DNA of 64,000 nt, taken from the IMG/VR virus record IMGVR_UViG_3300037524_000636, positions 5,857-69,856 of that record. One strand, given 5' to 3'. Under the pieces are notes generated by a model that saw nothing but the letters and a program-made list of their open reading frames with translations, ran no database searches and was not told where the DNA came from. This DNA comes from a virus (lineage: Duplodnaviria; Caudoviricetes). A program made the translations under genes and the position numbers. This document shows, in pieces, positions 28,453 through 38,773 of the stretch (its first letter is position 1; the number at the start of each line of letters is the position of its first letter).

Positions 28453-29804
28453 AGCTCTTGCCCTACCAGGTCGAGGGCGTCGCTGCGCTTGAGCGCAACG
28501 GAGACGCAACCCTTCTCGCCGACGAGATGGGGCTCGGCAAGACGATCCAGGTCCTGGCTTGGCTACACAAGCATCCTGAGCACCACCCGTGCGTCGTCGT
28601 GTGTCCTGCCAGCGTCAAATACAATTGGCAGTATGAGGCATCGCGCTTCGGCATCTACGTCGACGTCCTGGGAGGTCGCAAGCCCCCACGCCACGCCGCT
28701 GAGTGGCTCGTCAAGCACGGCGTCGTCGTGATCAACTACGATGTGCTAACCGAGTGGGTGCCAATCTTCAAGCAAGCCCAGATCAAGGTAATCATCTTCG
28801 ACGAAGGCCATTACCTCAAGTCGCGCTCGTCACGCCGATTCCAGGCTGCGCGCGAGATCGCCCGGCGCGCGCGTATTCGGATCGTGATGACGGGCACGCC
28901 ATTGACGAACCGGCCCATGGACCTGTGGCCCTTGTTGCACATCCTCTGGCCGGATCTCTACCCAGGCTTCTATCCGTTCGCACACCGCTACTGTCGACCG
29001 CAGCGCAAGCCTTGGGGCTGGACGTTCAACGGCGCGACCAGGCTGCCCGAGCTGCACTCCCGGCTCGTCGAGCTCGGGATGGTACGGCGCCTGAAGAGCG
29101 ATGTCTTGACCCAGCTCCCGCTCAAGAATCGCCGGGTGGTCCCAATCCCGATGCGCAAGCGCGAGGAGTACTGCTTCGCCCGCGATGACTTCGTGAGCTG
29201 GCTCAAGACCCACTCGCGCTCTCGCGCGTCGCGCGCGATCAGGGCGCAAGCTGTGACCCGGGTCGGATACCTGCTCAGGCTATGCGCGCGACTCAAGCGA
29301 CGCGCGGCGCTGGAATGGGTCGACGACTACCTCCAGGCGAACGATGGCAAGATCGTAGTCTTTGCCGCACTACGGAAGACGATCCTGCGCCTGAAGAAGC
29401 GATATGGCAACGAGTGCGTCGTCGTTGACGGAAGCGTCACTGGACGCGACCGCTCGAACGCAATCCGGGCGTTTCAAAACAACCCACGGATCAGGGTCTT
29501 CGCAGGCAACATCAAGGCGGCAGGCGTGGGCAACACGCTCACTGCGGCGGACACTTGCGCGTTCTTCGAGTTCCCATGGACGCCGGGCGACCTCGTCCAG
29601 TGCGAGGACCGGCTTCACCGCATCGGCCAATCGAAGCCGGTTTGGATCAACTACCTCGTCGCGCGCGACACGATCGAAGAGCACGTCTGCTCGATGCTCC
29701 AGGACAAGCAGCGCACGTTCAACGCGATTGTCGACGGGACGAGGGCAAAGGATGATCTTTCCGTATTCAACCAATTGCTACAACTCTTGGAGAAACAACG
29801 ATGA
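28425..29804 (+). CDS. SNF2/HARP-like DEAH helicase
   Basis: LLADEMGLGKT, IFDEGHY, MTGTP..NRP.DLW, G.TLTAA, Q.EDRLHRIGQ. Confidence 0.92.
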   Translation: MDRHSHKTLKLLPYQVEGVAALERNGDATLLADEMGLGKTIQVLAWLHKHPEHHPCVVVCPASVKYNWQYEASRFGIYVDVLGGRKPPRHAAEWLVKHGVVVINYDVLTEWVPIFKQAQIKVIIFDEGHYLKSRSSRRFQAAREIARRARIRIVMTGTPLTNRPMDLWPLLHILWPDLYPGFYPFAHRYCRPQRKPWGWTFNGATRLPELHSRLVELGMVRRLKSDVLTQLPLKNRRVVPIPMRKREEYCFARDDFVSWLKTHSRSRASRAIRAQAVTRVGYLLRLCARLKRRAALEWVDDYLQANDGKIVVFAALRKTILRLKKRYGNECVVVDGSVTGRDRSNAIRAFQNNPRIRVFAGNIKAAGVGNTLTAADTCAFFEFPWTPGDLVQCEDRLHRIGQSKPVWINYLVARDTIEEHVCSMLQDKQRTFNAIVDGTRAKDDLSVFNQLLQLLEKQR

Positions 29805-30085
29805 AACCACGATCACAAAAGAAACGGCGCGAGCCCCGCAGCATCCAATATGCGATTCGGGAAAGCGCGCGCCCACTGCCACGAGGCGATGCCTGTCTTT
29901 TCTTTCGCAACATCCCCCGCACCGTGCGCGACGCGTTCCATGGCAAGTGCGCAGAGCAGGGTCGGACGATGACGGGCCTGATCCTTGCTGTGCTCGAGGA
30001 CGTCACGCGCGCGGACGTCGACGACGACGACCCGCGCGTCATCGACTTGGCCGCACTCTCGCTACGATACCCAGACCCACGATGA
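29801..30085 (+). CDS. Ribbon-helix-helix-like small regulator
   Basis: FRNIPRTVRDAF..CAEQGRTMTGLILAVL. Confidence 0.5.
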   Translation: MKPRSQKKRREPRSIQYAIRESARPLPRGDACLFFRNIPRTVRDAFHGKCAEQGRTMTGLILAVLEDVTRADVDDDDPRVIDLAALSLRYPDPR

Positions 30086-30990
30086 GCATCACCGATCTAC
30101 TCAATCGGCACGGCATCGCTCACGCAACGGAAGGCAAGCACTGCCGTCCAGGCTGGGTGAACATGGACTGTCCGTTCTGTGGTCCCGGGAGCGGGAAGCT
30201 TCATCTCGGCTTCAGCCTGCAGCACGCGCGCTTTTCCTGCTGGAAGTGTGGACCGCATCGCCTGGACGAAACCCTGGCCGAGCTCACTGGGCTCGAAACG
30301 AGCGTGTGCGGCAGGCTCGCGCTTGCTCTCCGAAGTGACCTGGGCACGCCAGGCGTCGACCTGGACGAGGTCGCGCTCGCGCCTGCCAGGGCCCGGGCAG
30401 TCCTCCCGCCAGGACGGGCAGATCTTTCCCGGCGTCATCGTGACTACCTCGAGGCGCGCGGCTTCGATCCACGCGCGATTGCTGAGCTCTGGTCTGTCCA
30501 AGGCATCAAGCTCTCGCGCCAGTTCATGTGGCGACTCTTCATCCCGATCCTGCACGGGGGCGAGATCGTGAGCTGGACGACGCGCGCGATCGACGACGCC
30601 GTGACGCAGCGCTACATCTCAGCGGCGAGCGACCAGGAGAAGATCCATCACAAGCACCTGCTCTACGGCGAGTGGCGCGCGAAGCGTGGGCACGTCGCGA
30701 TCTGCGTCGAGGGGCCCACGGACGTCTGGCGCGTGGGTCCGGGAGCTGTGGGCACGTTCGGCACGTCATACACGCAGCAACAAGTCGCCCAACTCGCGCA
30801 ATTCCAGGTCCGGGCGATCTGCTTCGACTCCGAGCCCGTGGCGCAATCGCAGGCGCGCAAGCTCGCAGACACGCTGAGCGCGCTGCCAGGCCGAACGCTC
30901 GTGATCGAGCTGGACGCGCCCGATCCCGGAAGCGCGAGCGCGCGCGAGATCGCGCGCCTGCGAAGAACCATCGGCTTGGAACGACAATAG
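30082..30990 (+). CDS. DNA primase (zinc finger plus TOPRIM)
   Basis: CPFC..HL..CWKC zinc finger; ICVEGPTDV and ICFDSE TOPRIM motifs. Confidence 0.88.
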   Translation: MSITDLLNRHGIAHATEGKHCRPGWVNMDCPFCGPGSGKLHLGFSLQHARFSCWKCGPHRLDETLAELTGLETSVCGRLALALRSDLGTPGVDLDEVALAPARARAVLPPGRADLSRRHRDYLEARGFDPRAIAELWSVQGIKLSRQFMWRLFIPILHGGEIVSWTTRAIDDAVTQRYISAASDQEKIHHKHLLYGEWRAKRGHVAICVEGPTDVWRVGPGAVGTFGTSYTQQQVAQLAQFQVRAICFDSEPVAQSQARKLADTLSALPGRTLVIELDAPDPGSASAREIARLRRTIGLERQ

Positions 30991-31109
30991 ACTTGCGCCG
31001 CCCGGGGTGGCAGGACGTTCCACACGTTGAGGTATTCAGTTGTGTGTCTCCTTCAACTACAGAACGAAGCTTCCTGCACCCCGGGCGGTGTCATTGACGA
31101 ACACGAGAC

Positions 31110-32579
31110 ATGAACACGACACAATTTCCAACGTCGTTAGCAACACAACCAGAGGAAATCCGTTATCAGTACATCTTGCAGGATCTCATTTTCCCCGGAC
31201 AGCATCGGTATGACGAGACGTTCGCATGGTTGCGCGAGATGAGCGGACGCACCTCCAGCATGTTGCTCTACTTGCTGTTGGAGAACGACATGATTGGTAG
31301 GCGATCGCTCAACCGAAAGCGCTGGCGAAGAATCAAGCTGCCCAGCGTCGCAACGATCGAGCGCGAGCTCGGGATGAATCAATCCAAGCAATGGCGCGCG
31401 CTCAGCGACTTGCGCAAGCTCGGGCTCGTCACCGTGCGCATCAAGCGGAATCAACGGTGGATAAAGATCAACTTTGATCGGACTGCCGAACTCTTCGCGA
31501 AGTTGACCTCCCAATACGGAATTGAGCGTGTCACGCGACTTGCTGCGATCCTCGAAAAAAGAGAGCAGAATGCACCCGAACACCAGATTTCCGACGAGAT
31601 TTCTCCTGCTGCAAAACTGGTTTTTGGCTCGAGGATTTCTCAAATCGCGAAAAAGCAGAAAGCACATGTGCATTCTGCTTCCGACAGTTTTATCAATAAG
31701 CTGCCAGATGCGGGGAAAACTGAGAATCTGTCCGACGGGGGATTTTCCGAATCTCCTCTCGCGCGTGGGCGCATAATGCACGAGCGCACGCGAGCGCACA
31801 CGCCCACGCCCCCACGCGCCATCGTTCGCCCCCCCTTTAGGGGGGCTCACTCTACCTCAGTTTTCAATAAGCGAAAAACAACCGACCGTAGTAGAAAACA
31901 AAATACCGATCATCCTGGAAGCGAAGCGACGACCAGTCTGCTGGAAAGCACTGCTGGAAAAGACTGGGCAAACGACGCAGCACAGAAGCTTGCGTCAATC
32001 CTGTTCCGTAATCGTCACCTTGTGCCATCGGCAAAGATCAAGAACTGGCACAACGACATCCGGAAGATTGTCAGGGTCGACGGGTTCGACGAGCATACGG
32101 TCACTGCAACCCTGGACTGGTATGTCGAGAACTACGGAAAGAGCAACTACACGCCTGTAGCCGACAGTGGTCGTTCGTTCCGGGCGAAGTTTCCGCGCAT
32201 CCTGGCTGCGCGCAAGCGCGCCGTAGGTCCTGCGCTCAACGATGCCCCCACGCAATCTGTCGGCGAGATGAGGCGCCGAGGCTGGAGGTCTGGACGGGAC
32301 GTGTATCTACGGGACTATTACCGATATGTGAAGCTGCCCCCACGCAATGAGCGCGAGCTTTACCGCATCCAGGCCCACCAGCCCGATAATTGCCCGCCGA
32401 GAAATTGGCTCGTCGTCGTGCATCGGAGCCATCGCGACGCAATCAAGTGCAAGATCAAGTTGCCTCCCGACAGCCGCTTCTACAACACGCTGCAGACGAA
32501 GATCAAGGGCCGCACGAGGCACTTTGCGATCTTCGAGCTTGCACCTGGACAGCCACCTGCTGGCGTCGAGAATCTTTGA
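31110..32579 (+). CDS. Replication initiator with N-terminal winged HTH
   Basis: LPSVATIERELGM..RALSDLRKLGLV; between primase and helicase; low-complexity ori-like centre. Confidence 0.6.
   Translation: MNTTQFPTSLATQPEEIRYQYILQDLIFPGQHRYDETFAWLREMSGRTSSMLLYLLLENDMIGRRSLNRKRWRRIKLPSVATIERELGMNQSKQWRALSDLRKLGLVTVRIKRNQRWIKINFDRTAELFAKLTSQYGIERVTRLAAILEKREQNAPEHQISDEISPAAKLVFGSRISQIAKKQKAHVHSASDSFINKLPDAGKTENLSDGGFSESPLARGRIMHERTRAHTPTPPRAIVRPPFRGAHSTSVFNKRKTTDRSRKQNTDHPGSEATTSLLESTAGKDWANDAAQKLASILFRNRHLVPSAKIKNWHNDIRKIVRVDGFDEHTVTATLDWYVENYGKSNYTPVADSGRSFRAKFPRILAARKRAVGPALNDAPTQSVGEMRRRGWRSGRDVYLRDYYRYVKLPPRNERELYRIQAHQPDNCPPRNWLVVVHRSHRDAIKCKIKLPPDSRFYNTLQTKIKGRTRHFAIFELAPGQPPAGVENL
31763..31920. 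other. Putative replication origin inside the initiator gene
   Basis: RY-alternating tract, C7-TTTA-G6 hairpin at 31829-31845, AT-rich segment after it. Confidence 0.45.
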
Positions 32580-32596
32580 ACACACTTTGAAACCCA

Positions 32597-34009
32597 ATGA
32601 AGATCCGAGAGATCAAGGGAGACACCGAGCGGCGCGTCTTGCGCGCCCTCATCACCGACACTCAGGTCCTGGCCCGGGTCGCACCCATCTGGAAGGATGG
32701 CGCGCTGCGCTCGAAGTGGTCGAACATCGTCGCCTCGATGTGCGTCGACTACTTCAACCGATACGAGCGCGCGCCGCGTCGGGCGATCGAGCCCCTGTTC
32801 GTCGCCTGGGCGACGAAGATCAACGACGACGCGCTCGTCCAGCCGATCGAGAAGTTTCTCGCGTCGTTGTCGAAGGACTACACGAAGCGCGAGACGAACT
32901 CGAAATTCCTCATCGACCTCGCGGCACAGCACCTCAACGCGCTTCGACTTGAGCGACTGAGCCGTCAGGTCGGCGCGCTCGTCGAGTCGGGCGACACGAG
33001 CAAGGCGCTGGAGACAGTGACGTCGTTCGGGAAGATCGAGATGGGTGTTGGCGTTGGCGTTGACGTCTTCACTGATCGCAAGGCGCAGGACCGCGCGTTC
33101 GCTGAGCGCGCCCGTCCGTTGTTCACGCTCAAGGGCGCGGTGGGACGCTTCTTTGGAACGTCGCTCGTGCGCGAGGGCTTTCTCGCGTTTCTCGCGCCGG
33201 AGAAGCGAGGCAAGACCTGGTTTCTCGTCAACATGGCATACCACGCGATGCTGCAACGGTTGCGGGTTGCCTTCTTCGTCGTCGGCGACGAGAGCGAGGA
33301 AGAGATGATCCACCGATTTCTTATCCGTGCGGCGCGTCATCCGTTGCGCAAGGGTCGCGAGAGCATCCCGACGATGGTTGGTGTGAGAAAGGGCGAGCCG
33401 CACACGGACCCCAGAACAGTCATGTTCAAGCGCGACCTCACGGCGTCGCTCGCGCGCAAGCGCATGGGCAAGGTTTTGCGGGCGAAGCTTCACAGCGACC
33501 AGAGCTTCCTTCGGATGAGCGTGCACGCGAGCGACGCCCTCACGGTGTCGCAACTCAACGCGATCTTGACGGATTGGAATCGCGGCGGGTGGGTGCCAGA
33601 CGTCATCGTCATCGACTACCCGGACAACATGGCTTTCGAGGGTGGTGACCGAAACAACGACTTCCGTCAACAGACGAACGTATTGTGGAAACGACTACGA
33701 GGCACGGCGCAAAAGTGGCGCGCGCTCATGCTCGTTGCGACGCAGGCGAACCCAGACAAGAACGCGGACGGCAGGCCTCCAGTCGTGCTCGATCGCCGTC
33801 ACTTCACGGAAGACCGGCGCAAGCTTGCACACGTCACTGGCATGATCGGAATCAATCAGGACGAGGGATTGGAGAAGGAGCTTGGCGTCTTCCGATTGAA
33901 TTGGATTGTGCGGCGCGGCGCTGCCTACTCGTCGATGACGATTTGCTCCGTCGCTGGATGCCTGGGAATTGGCAACCCCATGATGCAAAGCCGCTTCCGT
34001 GGGCGGTGA
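32597..34009 (+). CDS. DnaB/gp41-like replicative helicase
   Basis: Walker A-like APEKRGKT, VIVIDYPD, LVATQAN, C-terminal R..W.VRR. Confidence 0.85.
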   Translation: MKIREIKGDTERRVLRALITDTQVLARVAPIWKDGALRSKWSNIVASMCVDYFNRYERAPRRAIEPLFVAWATKINDDALVQPIEKFLASLSKDYTKRETNSKFLIDLAAQHLNALRLERLSRQVGALVESGDTSKALETVTSFGKIEMGVGVGVDVFTDRKAQDRAFAERARPLFTLKGAVGRFFGTSLVREGFLAFLAPEKRGKTWFLVNMAYHAMLQRLRVAFFVVGDESEEEMIHRFLIRAARHPLRKGRESIPTMVGVRKGEPHTDPRTVMFKRDLTASLARKRMGKVLRAKLHSDQSFLRMSVHASDALTVSQLNAILTDWNRGGWVPDVIVIDYPDNMAFEGGDRNNDFRQQTNVLWKRLRGTAQKWRALMLVATQANPDKNADGRPPVVLDRRHFTEDRRKLAHVTGMIGINQDEGLEKELGVFRLNWIVRRGAAYSSMTICSVAGCLGIGNPMMQSRFRGR

Positions 34010-34028
34010 AAATATCGGAAGAAAGTTG

Positions 34029-34056
34029 TTGACCGCCCGACCGTCGACAATAGGCT
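34029..34056 (+). promoter_or_regulatory. Promoter TTGACC-N16-TAGGCT overlapping a CGACAATAG motif
   Basis: Read directly; upstream of a terminator-bounded gene. Confidence 0.55.
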
Positions 34057-34099
34057 CATGCAAGACTCAGATTCCGAGTCACAACAAGAGACACGAGAC

Positions 34100-34831
34100 A
34101 TGAAGAACAAGAACAAGAACACGAAGAACGACAACACCGCCGATGCGGTCATCACCCGTGACGAGGCCAACCGCCTTTTCGTCGCGCTCAACTTCGGGTC
34201 CGCCCCGAAGTGGTCGCCGGAGAAAATGGGCACGATGTTGACGCGGCTCCGCAAGCACATCGACGAGGCCGACGAGGTTGCACCCGAGGGCAAGACGATC
34301 TTTGACGTGGTCAACACCGCCTGGAAGGCTGGCCGCAACGTCGTCCTCGAGCAGGTCGACTCCGCGATCGCGAGTGACCCCGAGCCCGCGCCCGAGCCCG
34401 CCGACGACGACGCGAAGCCCGCGAAGAAAGTGAAGAAAGCGAAGCGCGCGGCCGAGCCCGCCGAGAGCGACGACGCCGAGAGCGACGACGCCGAGAGCGA
34501 CGACGCCGAGAGCGACGACGCGAAGCCCGCGAAGAAAGTGAAGAAAGCGAAGCCCGCGAAGCCCGCGAAGGCCGCGAAGGCGAAGGCCGCCGTCGTTACC
34601 GACGCGATGCTCGCGAAGCTCACGAAGGGGCTGACCGAGGATTGGTCGAAGCAGGCGAAGGTCGTCGAGCGCGCGAAGCTCGACTCGGCGATCTACTGGG
34701 GCGTCTACACCGCCGCCCTCAAGACGCTCGTCGAGCGTGGGGTCGCTGAGATGCAGCACATGCCTGGCTCGAAGCTCGACTGGCGCGCCGCGAGCGCGAA
34801 GCCGACGAAGAAGGCGAAGGCGAAGAAGTAA
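34100..34831 (+). CDS. Lys/Ala-rich histone-H1-like protein with an acidic (AESDD)x4 insert
   Basis: AKPAKKVKKAK duplicated around a 15-bp x4 repeat (34460-34519); alternative start at 34058. Confidence 0.6.
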   Translation: MKNKNKNTKNDNTADAVITRDEANRLFVALNFGSAPKWSPEKMGTMLTRLRKHIDEADEVAPEGKTIFDVVNTAWKAGRNVVLEQVDSAIASDPEPAPEPADDDAKPAKKVKKAKRAAEPAESDDAESDDAESDDAESDDAKPAKKVKKAKPAKPAKAAKAKAAVVTDAMLAKLTKGLTEDWSKQAKVVERAKLDSAIYWGVYTAALKTLVERGVAEMQHMPGSKLDWRAASAKPTKKAKAKK

Positions 34832-34858
34832 CTCGCGCGAGTCGCTTCGACAATAGAC

Positions 34859-34898
34859 ACGCCCATGGGTTTCGATGCCCATGGGCGTTTTCTTTTTT
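34859..34898 (+). terminator. Rho-independent terminator
   Basis: Stem acgcccatggg/cccatgggcgt plus T-rich tail. Confidence 0.85.
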
Positions 34899-34931
34899 GC
34901 AACTGCAGTGTCATTGGGAACCGAATACAAC

Positions 34932-35975
34932 ATGAAGAACACGAACAGGGAAGAGTTGCTGTCGAAGCTCGAACTCGTCCAGCCAGGACTGGCAACGCGC
35001 GAGACGATCGAGCAGAGCGGATGCTTCGTCTTTCGCGACGGATGCGTTCACACCTACAACGAGGAAATCGCATGCCGCATGCTATGCGACATCGACCTGG
35101 TCGGCGCTGTGAGCGCACAACCACTCCTTGACATCTTGCGCAAGCTCACGGAGGAGACGATCGAGATTGGGGTCGACGCGAGCAAGGAAGGTTATCTGAT
35201 CATCCGAGGCAAGCGCAAGGAGGCAGGCATTGTGTGCGAGTCAGTCGTCAATCTACCGATCGAGAGTGTCGAGAAGCCGGAGAAGTGGCGCCCGCTTCCC
35301 GCGTCGTTTCTTGAGGCGATCAATCTTGTCCAGCATTGCGCTTCGAGCGATGACTCAAAGTTCAAGCTGACCTGCATTCACGTCCATCCGAAGTATTTGG
35401 AAAGTTGTGACAACGTGCAAGCGATGCGCGTCCGCCTGGACACGGGATTCTCAAAGCCCGTGCTCATGCGACGCGACTCCGTGAAGCACCTGGTCCTGCT
35501 GGGCGTCGTCTCGGTGAGCGAGACCGACTCGTGGGTGCACTTTCAAACGACGTCGGGCTTGATCTTCTCCTGCCGTAGGTTCGTCGAGGACTTTTACCCG
35601 CTCGACAAGGTCTTTGGCGTGACTGGCGCAAAGGTCGTGTTGCCCAAGGGCCTCTCCGAGGCCTCCGAGAAGGCAGCGATCTTCACGCGCGACGACGTCG
35701 GCGACAAGAACATGTCCGTGTCGCTCAAGCGGGGGCACGTTCGCATCGAGGGCACCGGCGCGATGGGCTATTACACCGAGCGCCGCAAGCTCAAATACTC
35801 CGGGCCCGAGATGTCGTTCAACATCGCGCCCGCGATGCTCACGGACATCTCGACGAAGTATCGGGAGGCAGAGGTCGCGACAGATAAGCTCATCGTGCGC
35901 GGCGGGAAGTGGATCTACGTCTCCGTGCTGTCGACGCGCAAGCGAGTGAAGCCCACACCTGAGCAGGCGTCATGA
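34932..35975 (+). CDS. DNA polymerase sliding clamp (DnaN beta-like)
   Basis: 347 aa; NREELL..L..V start, V.A..L.DILRKL, A.D..R pattern; next to the polymerase. Confidence 0.65.
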   Translation: MKNTNREELLSKLELVQPGLATRETIEQSGCFVFRDGCVHTYNEEIACRMLCDIDLVGAVSAQPLLDILRKLTEETIEIGVDASKEGYLIIRGKRKEAGIVCESVVNLPIESVEKPEKWRPLPASFLEAINLVQHCASSDDSKFKLTCIHVHPKYLESCDNVQAMRVRLDTGFSKPVLMRRDSVKHLVLLGVVSVSETDSWVHFQTTSGLIFSCRRFVEDFYPLDKVFGVTGAKVVLPKGLSEASEKAAIFTRDDVGDKNMSVSLKRGHVRIEGTGAMGYYTERRKLKYSGPEMSFNIAPAMLTDISTKYREAEVATDKLIVRGGKWIYVSVLSTRKRVKPTPEQAS

Positions 35976-37246
35976 CCAGTGGTTTCTTCTCCGAGACGAG
36001 CCTGGAGGCGCGCTCGTCGACGTCGCAGCTCGCCCTGCTCGTCCCCCGGTGTGGCGCGTGCGGTCTTTATCGCAGGTGCAACTCGCCCAAGATGCGAGTT
36101 GATGGTAAGGGGCTTCGGCGCGTGCTCGTCGTGGGTGAGGCACCAGGCGCGCTCGAGGACGAGACGGGCCGTCCGTTCGTGGGCAAGTCAGGCGACTTGC
36201 TCTCAAGCGTCTTCGCTGGCCTGGACTGGAGCCTGCGCCGGCATTGCTGGATCACGAACGCGCTGATCTGTCGTCCTCCCGGGAACAAGATCCCCGACCC
36301 GCGCATGATCGACTACTGTCGACCAAACGTGGTCTCGGCGATCAACACACACAAGCCCACAGTGATCCTGCTGCTCGGCGCGAGCGCAGTTGCCAGCGTC
36401 GTGCGCTGGCTGACAAGCGACTCGATTGGTCAGCTCTCGCGATGGGTGGGGATGAGCATACCCGCGCACAAGATTGGCGCCTGGATCTGCCCCACGTTCC
36501 ACCCGTCGTTCGTCATGCGCGAGGCGCACAACCAGGGGATCGAGCGTCTGTTCCGCTCACACATCGAGTCTGCCCTGGCGCGTCGCTCGTCTCCTCCCGA
36601 CCCGTCATTCTTCAACGAATACCAGGCGAAGGGCTGGCTGCGCATCGAGCACGACGTCTCCGCTGTCGCGAAGGAGCTCGACCGTTTCACGCGCGCAGGG
36701 GGCACAGTTGCGTTCGACTACGAGACGGAGTCGATCAAGCCCGAGCTCGCTGGCACGTCGATCGTCTGCTGCGCGGTGTGCATGAACGGCGGCCAGACGA
36801 TCGTCTTTCCTTGGCACGGCGAGGCCGTGGGCGCGATGCGGCGACTCTTGCGCTCGGAGAACGTGCGCAAGATCGCGGCGAACCTGAAGATGGAGCACCG
36901 TTGGTCGCGACACGCCCTGGGCGTCGTCACCCGTAATTGGGTTTTCGATACAATGCTGGCTGCGCATGTGCTCGACTCGCGCCCTGGAATCTGCTCGCTC
37001 GGCTTCCAGGCGTTCGTCGAGCTCGGCGTGCCGAACTATTACAGCCACATTGACCCGTTCCTGACGAGCGACCGCTCCAGCAACGGCTTGAACCAGGCCC
37101 GAAGCTGCCCGATCGACGAGCTGATGGAGTATTGCGCGACCGACGCTTTCCTGACGTTCGAGCTGGCCAAACGCCAGTTGCGACGCTTGCAAGCGAGACG
37201 CCTGGCCAGGAAACCCGCCAAAACTGGCAGGAAACAGGGGATTTGA
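35972..37246 (+). CDS. Family-4 uracil-DNA-glycosylase domain plus 3'-5' exonuclease (N-terminal part of a SPO1-type PolA)
   Basis: C..C.L...C, VGEAPG..ED..GRPFVG, TNAL.CRPP, TFHPS; exonuclease AFDYET, FDTMLAAH, YCATDA. Confidence 0.88.
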   Translation: MTSGFFSETSLEARSSTSQLALLVPRCGACGLYRRCNSPKMRVDGKGLRRVLVVGEAPGALEDETGRPFVGKSGDLLSSVFAGLDWSLRRHCWITNALICRPPGNKIPDPRMIDYCRPNVVSAINTHKPTVILLLGASAVASVVRWLTSDSIGQLSRWVGMSIPAHKIGAWICPTFHPSFVMREAHNQGIERLFRSHIESALARRSSPPDPSFFNEYQAKGWLRIEHDVSAVAKELDRFTRAGGTVAFDYETESIKPELAGTSIVCCAVCMNGGQTIVFPWHGEAVGAMRRLLRSENVRKIAANLKMEHRWSRHALGVVTRNWVFDTMLAAHVLDSRPGICSLGFQAFVELGVPNYYSHIDPFLTSDRSSNGLNQARSCPIDELMEYCATDAFLTFELAKRQLRRLQARRLARKPAKTGRKQGI

Positions 37247-37249
37247 GTC

Positions 37250-38773
37250 ATGAACGAGACAAGATGCCCGTTTGACGATTCGCACCTGTTGGAAGCTGTC
37301 GAACTGTCAGCGCTTCGCCTGCTCCAAGACGGCGTCGTCGCCCTCGCTCGCGTTGAGCACGACGGAGTGCGGGTCGACGTCGACTACCTCAAGGCGAGCC
37401 TCGAGCAAACCTCGCGCAAGTGCACGCGATTGCGCGAGCAGCTTATGTCCGACCCAGTGTGGTCGAAGTGGACCCGACGCTTCCGCGACAGGTCGAAGCT
37501 CGATTCCCGCCAGCAACTCGGCGAGGTTCTCTTCGACGTGCTTGGGTTCCATAGTGAGGCAATCACTACGACTGGGCGCCACCAGGTCGACGAGGCTGCG
37601 CTTGAGCGCGTCGACCACCCGTTCATCAGGCACTACCTCGAGCTGGCGAAGCTTGAGAAGGCGCGCGGGACGTATCTCAAGGGGATCGAGCGCGAAGTCG
37701 TCTACGGATTCGTGCACTGTAGTTTCAACCTGCATACGGTGACGACGTATCGGGGAAGCTGCGACTCGCCCAACCTGCAGAACATCCCGATCCGGAATCC
37801 AGAGATTGGCAAGCTTGTCCGGCGCTGTTTCATCGCGCGCGACGGCCACGTGCTGGTCGAGAACGATTTCAAGGGGATTGAGGTCGGCGTTGCGGCCTGC
37901 TACAATCGCGACCCCAACCTGATCGCCTACGTCCGGGATGAAACGCTCGACATGCACCGGGACGCCGCGATGGAGTTGTTCTTTCTCGACCGCAGTGAAG
38001 TGACAAAGCAAATACGGCACATCGCGAAGAACAGCTTCGTCTTCCCGCAATTCTACGGCGACTGGTATCTCTCATGCGCCCGGAGTATGGTCGACGAGAT
38101 CGAGAAGCGGGCGATCAAGTTCGCTGGCCGCTCGTTCAAGAAGCACCTGGCCAGGCATGGAATCATGTCAATGGGCGCGATGCGCTCGGGCACGGATCCT
38201 GTCGCTGGATCGTTTGAGCAGCACGTCGCGCGCGTCGAACGCTTGTTCTGGGAAAAACGCTTCCGGGTCTACAACCAATGGCGCAACCGGGTTTACCGCC
38301 GCTATCTCGAGGACGGCTACTTCGACACGCACACGGGATTCCGACTGGAGGGCGCGCTCGACCGGAAGCAAGTAGTCAATCACCCAATACAAGGCAGCGC
38401 GTTCCACTGCCTGCTCTGGAGCCTGATCGAGATTCAGCGCGAGTTGGTCCAACACAAGATGCGCTCGAAGATCGTCCTGCAGGTGCATGACTCGATCCTG
38501 GGCGATGTGCACGTTGACGAGGTCGACCAGTATCTCGCGATCGTGCGCGACGTGATCGAGCGACGACTCCGCAAGCATTGGAAGTGGATCGTCGTGCCGC
38601 TTCGGGTCGAGTGTGAGATGTCGCCCGTGGGTGGCTCGTGGTTCGACAAGCGGGAGGTTCACGTCAGCAGCGACAATTACGCCTGGAACGATTTCTCTGG
38701 AAGTGCGAGCGATTTGCTGAGACACTGGACACATGAAACCAAAGTTGAGACTGAAGAAGATCCGGAAAGGTGA
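37250..38773 (+). CDS. DNA polymerase family A, polymerase domain
   Basis: SCDSPNLQNIP, motif A DFKGIE, motif B R..AKNSFVFPQFYG, N.PIQG.A, motif C QVHDS. Confidence 0.93.
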   Translation: MNETRCPFDDSHLLEAVELSALRLLQDGVVALARVEHDGVRVDVDYLKASLEQTSRKCTRLREQLMSDPVWSKWTRRFRDRSKLDSRQQLGEVLFDVLGFHSEAITTTGRHQVDEAALERVDHPFIRHYLELAKLEKARGTYLKGIEREVVYGFVHCSFNLHTVTTYRGSCDSPNLQNIPIRNPEIGKLVRRCFIARDGHVLVENDFKGIEVGVAACYNRDPNLIAYVRDETLDMHRDAAMELFFLDRSEVTKQIRHIAKNSFVFPQFYGDWYLSCARSMVDEIEKRAIKFAGRSFKKHLARHGIMSMGAMRSGTDPVAGSFEQHVARVERLFWEKRFRVYNQWRNRVYRRYLEDGYFDTHTGFRLEGALDRKQVVNHPIQGSAFHCLLWSLIEIQRELVQHKMRSKIVLQVHDSILGDVHVDEVDQYLAIVRDVIERRLRKHWKWIVVPLRVECEMSPVGGSWFDKREVHVSSDNYAWNDFSGSASDLLRHWTHETKVETEEDPER

